Below, piece after piece: positions 17,405-26,342 of a stretch of 64,000 nucleotides of DNA; position 1 is the first letter of the stretch; every line of letters begins with the position of its first letter. The notes beneath the pieces were generated by a model that was given only the letters and a program-made list of their open reading frames with translations, was not told the DNA's origin and searched no databases. Made by a program: the position numbers and the translations under genes. The DNA comes from a virus: the IMG/VR virus record IMGVR_UViG_3300008111_000001; one strand, written 5' to 3'.

Positions 17405-18406
17405 ATGCCAGCACCAATTGCCCAGGTTTTCCCTGGGGTATTTTCCAATAACGCCAGGAAAGAATTTAATCCAATAAATGAAAAATTAGATTTAACTTGG
17501 AGCGGTGGTGCTTCTGACGATAGAAGATTTAGTAATTACTATGATTATTATTTCAGTGGGGAAGACATCAAGATTTTTATTGATGGATTATTTGATCCCA
17601 ATGATGAATTAGACATAGCAACTTTTGCATTCAATGTCCGTCAAGAAAAACAGCCTTTGTATGGGTTTTGGTCATACAACTACGATGCCATAATGTATGG
17701 AACCAGAATCATAACTGGGGAAATTGCTTTGTATACTAGATATCCAAGAAGAATGACAGATTTACTAGAAAAAGCAGCATCAACTAGATCTGCAATAGCA
17801 AATGATAAAAGCGCTCCAGGTAGAGTTCTATCAAATCTAAGAAGCCAATTAGAGACAGAAGAAGATGAGGCTTTAATAAATAAATATTGGGAAAGAGGTC
17901 AGCTAGATAGAATTACCGATGATCCTTTCGCTAAAAATGTTGTAGATTCCGATAGAAATATCTTTAGTGCACATCCTCCATTTAATTTTGTTGTAGTTTA
18001 TGGAATGGAAGAAGTGGCTTTGTCGCCAAAAAATCTGTTTCAAACAGACACTAATGATGTAGAATTTAATGGTTCTTTAGATAATTTATCTCGAACAATG
18101 TTGTCTGATGTTAATCAGAGAGTGGTAAAATCTACTTCGTTAAGTTCTCCAATGAAAATTGTTATACAAGAAGTTAACTTAATAAATATGTCAACGGTAT
18201 ATGCTCCAGGTGGACAGCCGGTTGTTGAAACCTATCAGTTTATGGCAAGAGATCATTATTTTACTGAAGTAGATACAACATTCATAAAGAGAGCTTCTGC
18301 TGCGAACGTTTCTTCTGGTCCGTTAGCACCTTTGGCAATTGCGGAGAATTTAAATTATGTAACAAACTGGGGGCAAACATTGGGTGGTTTAGCACCTATA
18401 ATATGA
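17405..18406 (+). CDS. Tube-like protein 3 (baseplate-proximal tube type)
   Basis: More divergent paralogue (YFSGEDIKIF, F.VRQEKQPLYG, RIITGEI, HPPFNFVVVYG). Confidence 0.7.
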   Translation: MPAPIAQVFPGVFSNNARKEFNPINEKLDLTWSGGASDDRRFSNYYDYYFSGEDIKIFIDGLFDPNDELDIATFAFNVRQEKQPLYGFWSYNYDAIMYGTRIITGEIALYTRYPRRMTDLLEKAASTRSAIANDKSAPGRVLSNLRSQLETEEDEALINKYWERGQLDRITDDPFAKNVVDSDRNIFSAHPPFNFVVVYGMEEVALSPKNLFQTDTNDVEFNGSLDNLSRTMLSDVNQRVVKSTSLSSPMKIVIQEVNLINMSTVYAPGGQPVVETYQFMARDHYFTEVDTTFIKRASAANVSSGPLAPLAIAENLNYVTNWGQTLGGLAPII

Positions 18407-18409
18407 TTA

Positions 18410-18418
18410 TGATATAAT
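18410..18418 (+). promoter_or_regulatory. Host sigma70/SigA-type extended -10 promoter TGATATAAT
   Basis: Perfect TGnTATAAT 27 nt upstream of ATG 18446 (AAGGAG RBS). Confidence 0.5.
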
Positions 18419-18445
18419 GTATAGTGATTAGTTCAAGGAGATATT

Positions 18446-19000
18446 ATGGATAATAAAAGAAAAGTTGTTTTACAGAATCTAGAAATAGAAGACACAAATA
18501 CCTCTCAGGAAATTAACTTTACGCTTTCAGGCTCCGATGATCCGAGCGCTCTAGATGTTGAGCTGGAAGATAATGAGGAGTTTTTGGCAGATATCGCTGA
18601 AGAAGAGCAAAAGCAATATACTGATATTGAAGAGGTTCCAGATGAAGAAGAGATCTGGAAAGATGGCCCTAAGGCTGGGGTCGTTAAGGAATGGAAAAAG
18701 CAGTACGGTGACATTTACGTCACCTCAATTACATATGATAAGCATGTTGTATGGCGTGTTCTTAACAGAGCTGAATATAAGCAGATTGTTAAGAAAATGG
18801 AGCAGCTGGTTCAGTCTGGACAGTTGTCGACAGCCGAAGCTAATATGTGGAATGAGGAAACAATAGCAGAACTCTGCATGCTGTATCCTAGATTTGACAA
18901 AGCTAATGCAGTTGGTTTTATGGCCGGTTTGCCATCGCTAATCTCGCAAGAGGTATTAGAGGCTTCTGGATTCGTGGCACTAGAGGTAAGACAGTTATAA
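18446..19000 (+). CDS. Tail assembly chaperone 1
   Basis: Between tube genes and tape measure; acidic N-terminus; WKKQYGDIY...WRVLNRAEYK...MLYP...GLPSLISQEVLEASGF. Confidence 0.7.
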   Translation: MDNKRKVVLQNLEIEDTNTSQEINFTLSGSDDPSALDVELEDNEEFLADIAEEEQKQYTDIEEVPDEEEIWKDGPKAGVVKEWKKQYGDIYVTSITYDKHVVWRVLNRAEYKQIVKKMEQLVQSGQLSTAEANMWNEETIAELCMLYPRFDKANAVGFMAGLPSLISQEVLEASGFVALEVRQL

Positions 19001-19001
19001 A

Positions 19002-19631
19002 ATGTTAACAGCTGATATTATTTTTTCTTTAAAAAATAAATACGGCAACATTTATAGTGTTAATATAAAAAATCAAACTGTTGTTTTCAGAGAATTAACA
19101 TTCAAAGAATATGATAAAATTCTTTATCTAAAAACACTAGAAGATGTTGATTCTTCTGATATTGAAGATGTTATCCTTGAATTCGCCGTAATATACCCGG
19201 AGGGCTTCGACACTATGACGATACCTCCGGGTATTGTCGCTAATCTATCCTCCGAAATATTGGATATATCTGGTTTCTTCAGCGCTTCTGTTGCTAAGAG
19301 AATTCTTGAAGAAAAAAGATACGAAGCAACTGAAGTTAAAAATTTAATGAAAGCGTTTGTTTTGGCTACTATAACATCGTATGCTCCAGAAGATCTGGAG
19401 GATATGACTTTCTCTGAATTAGCAGAAAAAGTAGCTTTATCTGAAAAGATTATAGAGATAAAACAAAATGCTAATGGTATGGAATCTACTGATTTGAAGA
19501 TTCAATTAATAGATCCTGAAGAGGAAGAGCAAAAACAGAAAATTTCTGCAGCTAGACATAATCTTTCCAAGAAAGATGGCGAAGCTGCTTACGAAGATCC
19601 TATTGCTCAAAAGCTGTGGGGCATGAAATAA
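19002..19631 (+). CDS. Tail assembly chaperone 2 (paralogue of chaperone 1 with C-terminal extension)
   Basis: LKNKYGNIY...FRELTFKEY...VIYP...GIVANLSSEILDISGF aligns with chaperone 1. Confidence 0.7.
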   Translation: MLTADIIFSLKNKYGNIYSVNIKNQTVVFRELTFKEYDKILYLKTLEDVDSSDIEDVILEFAVIYPEGFDTMTIPPGIVANLSSEILDISGFFSASVAKRILEEKRYEATEVKNLMKAFVLATITSYAPEDLEDMTFSELAEKVALSEKIIEIKQNANGMESTDLKIQLIDPEEEEQKQKISAARHNLSKKDGEAAYEDPIAQKLWGMK

Positions 19632-19644
19632 GTAGGGAAACAAA

Positions 19645-22600
19645 TTGGTTAGAGATCCAGGACCTATTCACAATCTAGGTTATAGCGTAACGTCTAGAGA
19701 CGTTCCAACTATGATTGATGAAGAAAGGGGAGATGCTCCTAACTCATCATTTATTTCAAAAGCACTAAATGATCATCCTGTTTTAAGATTCGTTTCTACT
19801 GCAGCCACCACTATGGCTTCAGCTTTTGTTTTATCAAAGCTCACAAAACAAGGTGGATTAAAATTAGCCAAGACAGTTCAAGATAGAGCAGACAGTGGCG
19901 CCAGCAGGTTTGCCTCTAATATTGTTAACGTATTTCCTAAAATTAGAAAAGAGTTAGACGAACTTTCTGGCGTTAGCCGAATGATCGACGGCAATACTCC
20001 GGATCAAATCGATCCTTATTCAAGACTTGTTTTTGAGACAGCAGAAGGCAAGCTAACTACTGGCGTTATAAAGCACACAGATCGAGGCTATCACTGGACT
20101 GCCGGTGAGATCAGAAGAAGTGGCAAGGGGTTAGAATATGAGACAGCTGGAATATGGGGTTTCCGAGAGGAGTCTCAAGCTCGTTTAGTCTCTTTGGCCC
20201 GTAGAACGGCCTATGAGCTCCCTGCAGTGTATGTAGGTCAGAAAGCTATAGTCGATCCAATTTTTGGTGGCAGAGACGATTCTAAGGTTAAATGGTACAA
20301 CCCTGTAGATGTATTGACAGACTTTGTTAAAGATTCTACGATCAACTTAGTTACAATGATGATTCCAATGGAGGTTGGCGGAGCTGCAATAGGCAACGCA
20401 AGATCATCGCTGTCTAATTTTAGATATTCAATGTCTGACCTCGCCAGGTCCACTGGATCAAGTGACCTGAAGACAAACTCTTCAAGGATGTTTGTTAATT
20501 TGGCTGACGTTATGTCTGAGGTTGGTCACGACTTAGCTGACATAACTCAAAAGGCTGTAAAGATTTCCGCTCAAACCAGCGGAGCCATTAAGGCAGCTAC
20601 CACAGAGTATAGCCAGCAAAGAATTGATATCAATGCAATTCTTTCAAGAACAAGAAATTTAAGAGCAAAACAAATATATGAAGACTCTAAAGGTTCAAAG
20701 TTAAAGAGGGCTAGAAATGTTGCGACTCAATATGCATTTGGTAATGACGCCAACGGTAACTCTGGATATTTAGATTTATTTCCTGGACTCAGGGGTGTTG
20801 GCAGCGCTGTAAGGCAGGGTGTAAATCAGTTCCGTAAGGTTGGACAAGGTTACGATGTAGTAACTAGGGCGATTGACTTTGATGCAGCAGTACAGAAATA
20901 CGGTGCTGCAAACCCCGACGCTTACAGAGGGCAATTAAAGGGTATAATAAACAATCTTCAAGCTAACTCTACCAATAGAATGTCTATTATGGCCAGTAAA
21001 ATGGCCAGAACATTTGGTGGGCCAATCGGATCAGATAGCTTTTACTCGTCAGAGTTCTATAAAGGAATGGAACAAACAGAGTATAAAAAGGTTTTATACA
21101 AATCTTTAATGGAAAAAACTGCAACATCAGATAGGGATGATTTTGCGAAAACTATAGCAAAGTTTATTGACGATATTGACATCAACAAAACAGCTATGGA
21201 GCCATCAAGAAGAGTAACTATAGGTGAAACTAAAATACTACTTGATGGCGATGAACCATTTGATGAAATAATAAATAGGTTCAAGGGAACCTTATCTAAA
21301 AATAGGGCAGATGAATTTATTCAAAAGGTTGGAAGCTCTGATGTTTTACAGCAGTCCATTATTGATGCCAACAGGCTTTTTTCTGGAGCAGAGTTTCAGG
21401 CAGCATTAAAAGCAAAAGCTAACAAAGGTTATAAAGCATTCCAAGAGCAGGGAATGTTTAAAGTGGCTGGAACAGTTTTAAAAACTAAAAGAGCAGATTT
21501 TGAAGATTTCCTTGATTTAGATAATTTGTCTTACGCACAAAAAGATTTTCTAATTAAAAGATCCGCTCAAAGATTGGGGATGAAACTCAAAGCAGCTGAT
21601 GGCAGAGATCTAAGTAGAGGAGAATTAGGCGAGTCTTTAGGTAAAGTTGGTCTTGATGTAAAAAATCTTGGTCAACTAAGAAGTTTTCTTGTTAGGGAAA
21701 AACAAATAAGTTCTGGTGTTTTTGCTAGTGGGTTTAATCTGTTAGGATTAAGACGGGCAACTGTTGATGAGGCAACCCAACGCGGATTGTTTAGTAATTT
21801 AGATGAAGAGACTCAAAGTTTTATTAATCAAATGTCTTCCAGCATGGTTAGGGCTGATCCAACAAAAACAGCTTCTAGCGTTTCTGTTCTTCCAGATATT
21901 TTTATTACAAAGACTGGTGGTATTCTAGATGTTTCTGGAATAAGGCAAACTGCAAGAAATGTAGGAAACTTTCTAGCCAATGATTTAAGAATACCTGTTC
22001 TTGGTTTTAATCCGGCAGACTTATTCGGTAAGCAGTCTTTTAATGAAATGTCTGGAAGGGCTCCCTTTCAGTTTATTCAGGGTAAAGTTTCACAGCCTTT
22101 CCTTCAAGGCGCAGACAAATCTGCTGACTTCTACTTATTCTATAGCGGTGGAAAAACAAAAGGTAAAGTTATGGCGTTTAATTATAACGTCATGGCTCAA
22201 CAGTATACTTCTAGAACCTTGGATGGAACCTTTAGGCCGCTAGCTAAAAACAGCTCACAAATGTTGACTCGTGCAGCTAGAAATGCCGCTGCAGAAAGAG
22301 ACGCCGAATCCCTTAATTCCTTAAATTATCAAGAAGGCACATTCAGAAGTAGATTTTTTTCTGGTCTATCAAGATTCGGTGTAACACCAGAAAGAGAGTT
22401 AAAATTTAGAGAAGCTTTTGATATTAACTATGATCAACCAAACTCTATATTTGGTTTTATGTCTAGATTTTCCAGGAGAAATATTGATCCAGAAAATCCT
22501 AGATTTTTTGCACAAGTAATATCTGGGAGAGATATTAATACAAAAGCGGGAACGCTGAGAAAAAACATTGTTAAAGACGCAGACGGCAATGTCCAAAGAG

Positions 22601-25600
22601 TTAATGTAATTAACGCTGATACTGGCGAAGAAATGGTTTCAGAAAAAGCTTTGTTGGAAGCTTTTGAAGGGTTTAGAAGAAGGGCATTTGGAGCTGGTTT
22701 TTCTCGACGTGCAATGAGAGCGATAGAGGATGCTGATCCGTCATTAGCTACGTATTCTGGCGTAAAAGTAAGTCAGCTTCAGAATGTTCAGGAAAAAATA
22801 GATTTTGCAAATGTGTTGATCAGAGGTGTCGACAGAGATGCAAATATTTTAAGAAGACAGGGCATAGACGCTGCTACATTGTTCCAAAGTAGAGAGAGAA
22901 TTAGGAAGGTATTAGAGGAGTCAGACTTGTTATCTGGTTCTCAGATACGGTCAGTTAGCCCAACGATTCTTACAAGAGAAGACCAATTAACAGACGAACT
23001 ATTTAAGTTTTTAATTCAAAGAAACGAATTAGTTTCAAATAGCACTAGGCAAACATTCGGTCAAAATTTTATTAAGATAAACCAAGCTCTTGCAAATATA
23101 GCCAAGGAAATGCCTGCCGGTGAGTTGGCTGAAGCGCAAGCGGCAGCATTTGGAGCATTAACCAACCTAAACTCAGTAAGGGCAAACAGATCTTTTCTAA
23201 AAGAAATTGAAGTTCAAAGAAGAGCTCTTGCAAATGTTATAGAGTCTTTAGAAGGTTCTCCGGAATTAGTTCAGCCATTTTTATCTGGTTCAATTGAAAG
23301 AGTTGGAGAAATAGGTAAACTTGGTTTAGCTAAAAAATTATTATATCCATCATTAAGCACGGCTTCTTTTAAAATATCGCATTTAGCAACAGATCCACTT
23401 GGTTCAGCTACTGGTCCTGGCGCTGACGTTTTGTTGGTTCCCACTTTTGGTAGTGTATTTGCCAGGAATCCTGTTGGAGCATTAAAGAGTGTTGCAGGAA
23501 TAAATACATACAGTAGTCCAGAAAGCTATTCAAACCTATCTGCTGCAGTATCTCATGGTGTTGAAAGACTTAATAAATATTTTGGCACAGTTGGATTACA
23601 GTTAGATGTAAATCAATATGGTTCTCCGTTAGATCTTTTTGCAAGGGGCATGGTAGGCAAAAGAGTTCTGCCACTCTATGCTGGCGGATTAGCTTTCATG
23701 ACCGCTGATAGAACAATTGGTGGGATGGTCAATGAAAAAGATGCAAGAGGAGAAAGGGTTTATTCTCCATTTTTTGTTGGGGCAGCGACAAAAGCTGTAG
23801 GACAAGTTCATGCATTAGGTGCTGGGGTTATGCCTGGTGGAATGAGCTATGAAGAGAAAAAGGAACAGCTTTTTGAGGGAGAGGTGCCGATAAGGCAGGG
23901 TCGTTTCTGGCCATTGGGTAATACTCCATTTATGGGCGGAAAGATAATGTATTACAGGCCAAGTATTTATCGCAAGATTGAAGCTGGCTCAATGTTTACT
24001 TCTGATACATATGGTTCCCCTATAGAAAGAGCCTTATTCTATACGGACATATCTCCACTACGTCCATTGGATCCATATCGCTTTGAAAGAAAGCATTATG
24101 AAGATAGGCCATATCCTATAAGTGGAGAATATTTTTCTGGTCCGTTTGGTCCACTAACTCCCGCACTAAACGCCACAGTAGGCAGGATATTAAAGCCTCA
24201 AATAAAAATGCACGAGCAAGAAGTTTCGCAAGCTTTGTCTAATTATGCTCCAGCAGGACAATCTGGAGCTTATGATGCAAGCGCTTACTTGCGACAAGTT
24301 TCCATGCCCATGTTGCCCGGACAGGCAGCTCAACAGCAATTTGGGCAAGCTTCCATCGGTGGATTAATACAGGGCGGAACCCCAATTATGTCTATGGGGA
24401 TTTCTTCTGGTGGACCTGGCCCAGGAATACAAGCATCAGCAAACGCAGAGTTGGCAGGCAGGGCGGGAGCATTAAACACCGCCAAGTATTCCACCATGCA
24501 GAGCATAGGACAGATCAATGGTCAGTATACCCAAATGGCATATGGTCCCCCAAAAACTCCAGGTATGATGCCTCCAAGAATAGTTGGTGCGGGATCACCG
24601 ATTTCTGTTGGCGATCCACAGGTGCAACTTCAAGATTTTGGATATAGAACTCAAGAAGCCTTAGGTATCTATGGTTTCGCTGGTGCCGCATTCAGAGAAT
24701 CTTTTGGATATGGTCAAGGAGATTTTGAACCACAAAGAGCAGTTTTGCAATCTGCCTCCAAGGCATATGGTATGAGTAGGCAGTTCTGGGATTATAATCT
24801 TGGCGGACTTGGTGACGTTCCAATGTTAGGTGGAAGAAATTTTGGTTCAATAGAATTTTCTGAAATAACTAGAAGATTTATACCAAAAGAAAGAACTGGT
24901 GTTGATTATCTGAATCCAATACAAAACACTATGGGCAAACAATATCCATTTTTGCCAGGGCCAGAATATTATTTAGATTTCACTAGAGGAGATCCTTTTA
25001 CCAAGGTTCAAGAAGGTGAACTCCGTTTGCCTGGAGTCGCTTACGAAAGATTGAATCAACTGCATTCAGATGAAACTGGAAGATATGGTTTATTAGATCA
25101 ATTTAAAATACTTGGAGATGTTGCCCCTTACTCTAAGCAGTATAGGTATTTAGATAAAAAAATTAATAGTTATTTAGATGATCCATCAGAAAAGCTGCAG
25201 GCTGACAGTATTAGAGAAAGAGTAGCTTCTATACAGCAGAGGGAAACTTTCTCTGAATATAGTCATGTCGGCAAAACTGCTCAAGAAGCTGGCACTAACC
25301 CTCTTGTTCACAATCTATCTAGAGCGGCAGAATATATTGCCCACAGAGATACTTTTATAAATAGAAAGTTTATCAATAAACAAACGGCAGTGGAGGACTG
25401 GGAAAGAAACAATGTTTACGGAGCTACATTCCCAGAGTGGCAGAGACCATTCGAAAGCTTCATAGAACCAATGATTAACAAAGCTGCTGACAGAAATCCA
25501 TTAGCAGCATCTGCAAGCTTGGCTGCTGCAGGACTTTTTGCGGGTAGAACGCAACCAGGAAAACTGGTCATGTCTGGCCTAGGTGCCATTACCGGATTAG

Positions 25601-26340
25601 CAGCTTCTACAGGGGCTAATATTCAAGAGGCAATAACTGGAGAAAGATTTATTCCAACGGAAAGAAAAAAGGAATTAGCTCTTGAAGAGTATTCTGATAT
25701 TTTAAGCTACGTAAAAAATACAAGATTAGCTAACATGGCGGAATCATCGGGGGACGCAGCAGCAGCTTTTCAGTTTAGATCAGCAGCAAAAAGGACAATG
25801 TATGGTGCGCCAATAGAAGATATTGGCACAGGCAAATATGGAAGCGATGTAGAGTCTCTTTCTTTGGCTATCCCTAAAAGAAAAAGGGAGCATTTTAAAG
25901 CAATGATAAATGCTCCAGAAGAAGATAGGGGAAGAATACTTTCTACGGCTGGAAGATTGGAAAGAAGAATATACGAGGCAGCGTGGGGTATGCCAGTTGA
26001 AAAACGTCCAGAATTAACAGATTATTTTAGTAGGCATGAATTACCCGATGAGGGATGGGAAGGTTGGCATCCAAATACAAATATGGATTCTGTTAAAATT
26101 AAAATAGGACAGCACATGGGTCTTGAAATGTCTCAAATGGGTTACTATCCTCAACAGATAAGAGAAGCTAATCTAGCCAATCCCAGCTATCCTCGGTTTG
26201 ATTATTCTTCAGATTCTAATGCAGACGTATCATATAGATTACGTTCTTTAATGAATGGCATGGGTGTTACTGGTTCAGTTACTCCGGTCATGAATCCGTT
26301 TGGTGGTCAGCAAATTGACATAAGTGCAGGGGTTAGGTAG
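19645..26340 (+). CDS. Tape measure protein (2231 aa, TTG start)
   Basis: Directly follows the chaperones; largely helical with several hydrophobic Gly/Ala segments; AGGGAA RBS before TTG 19645. Confidence 0.7.
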   Translation: MVRDPGPIHNLGYSVTSRDVPTMIDEERGDAPNSSFISKALNDHPVLRFVSTAATTMASAFVLSKLTKQGGLKLAKTVQDRADSGASRFASNIVNVFPKIRKELDELSGVSRMIDGNTPDQIDPYSRLVFETAEGKLTTGVIKHTDRGYHWTAGEIRRSGKGLEYETAGIWGFREESQARLVSLARRTAYELPAVYVGQKAIVDPIFGGRDDSKVKWYNPVDVLTDFVKDSTINLVTMMIPMEVGGAAIGNARSSLSNFRYSMSDLARSTGSSDLKTNSSRMFVNLADVMSEVGHDLADITQKAVKISAQTSGAIKAATTEYSQQRIDINAILSRTRNLRAKQIYEDSKGSKLKRARNVATQYAFGNDANGNSGYLDLFPGLRGVGSAVRQGVNQFRKVGQGYDVVTRAIDFDAAVQKYGAANPDAYRGQLKGIINNLQANSTNRMSIMASKMARTFGGPIGSDSFYSSEFYKGMEQTEYKKVLYKSLMEKTATSDRDDFAKTIAKFIDDIDINKTAMEPSRRVTIGETKILLDGDEPFDEIINRFKGTLSKNRADEFIQKVGSSDVLQQSIIDANRLFSGAEFQAALKAKANKGYKAFQEQGMFKVAGTVLKTKRADFEDFLDLDNLSYAQKDFLIKRSAQRLGMKLKAADGRDLSRGELGESLGKVGLDVKNLGQLRSFLVREKQISSGVFASGFNLLGLRRATVDEATQRGLFSNLDEETQSFINQMSSSMVRADPTKTASSVSVLPDIFITKTGGILDVSGIRQTARNVGNFLANDLRIPVLGFNPADLFGKQSFNEMSGRAPFQFIQGKVSQPFLQGADKSADFYLFYSGGKTKGKVMAFNYNVMAQQYTSRTLDGTFRPLAKNSSQMLTRAARNAAAERDAESLNSLNYQEGTFRSRFFSGLSRFGVTPERELKFREAFDINYDQPNSIFGFMSRFSRRNIDPENPRFFAQVISGRDINTKAGTLRKNIVKDADGNVQRVNVINADTGEEMVSEKALLEAFEGFRRRAFGAGFSRRAMRAIEDADPSLATYSGVKVSQLQNVQEKIDFANVLIRGVDRDANILRRQGIDAATLFQSRERIRKVLEESDLLSGSQIRSVSPTILTREDQLTDELFKFLIQRNELVSNSTRQTFGQNFIKINQALANIAKEMPAGELAEAQAAAFGALTNLNSVRANRSFLKEIEVQRRALANVIESLEGSPELVQPFLSGSIERVGEIGKLGLAKKLLYPSLSTASFKISHLATDPLGSATGPGADVLLVPTFGSVFARNPVGALKSVAGINTYSSPESYSNLSAAVSHGVERLNKYFGTVGLQLDVNQYGSPLDLFARGMVGKRVLPLYAGGLAFMTADRTIGGMVNEKDARGERVYSPFFVGAATKAVGQVHALGAGVMPGGMSYEEKKEQLFEGEVPIRQGRFWPLGNTPFMGGKIMYYRPSIYRKIEAGSMFTSDTYGSPIERALFYTDISPLRPLDPYRFERKHYEDRPYPISGEYFSGPFGPLTPALNATVGRILKPQIKMHEQEVSQALSNYAPAGQSGAYDASAYLRQVSMPMLPGQAAQQQFGQASIGGLIQGGTPIMSMGISSGGPGPGIQASANAELAGRAGALNTAKYSTMQSIGQINGQYTQMAYGPPKTPGMMPPRIVGAGSPISVGDPQVQLQDFGYRTQEALGIYGFAGAAFRESFGYGQGDFEPQRAVLQSASKAYGMSRQFWDYNLGGLGDVPMLGGRNFGSIEFSEITRRFIPKERTGVDYLNPIQNTMGKQYPFLPGPEYYLDFTRGDPFTKVQEGELRLPGVAYERLNQLHSDETGRYGLLDQFKILGDVAPYSKQYRYLDKKINSYLDDPSEKLQADSIRERVASIQQRETFSEYSHVGKTAQEAGTNPLVHNLSRAAEYIAHRDTFINRKFINKQTAVEDWERNNVYGATFPEWQRPFESFIEPMINKAADRNPLAASASLAAAGLFAGRTQPGKLVMSGLGAITGLAASTGANIQEAITGERFIPTERKKELALEEYSDILSYVKNTRLANMAESSGDAAAAFQFRSAAKRTMYGAPIEDIGTGKYGSDVESLSLAIPKRKREHFKAMINAPEEDRGRILSTAGRLERRIYEAAWGMPVEKRPELTDYFSRHELPDEGWEGWHPNTNMDSVKIKIGQHMGLEMSQMGYYPQQIREANLANPSYPRFDYSSDSNADVSYRLRSLMNGMGVTGSVTPVMNPFGGQQIDISAGVR

Positions 26341-26342
26341 TA

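Noticed and set aside
18980-19010. Programmed frameshift joining the two tail chaperones
   Set aside because: No slippery heptamer; the second frame has a TAA at 18987 and its own ATG; the genes are paralogues.
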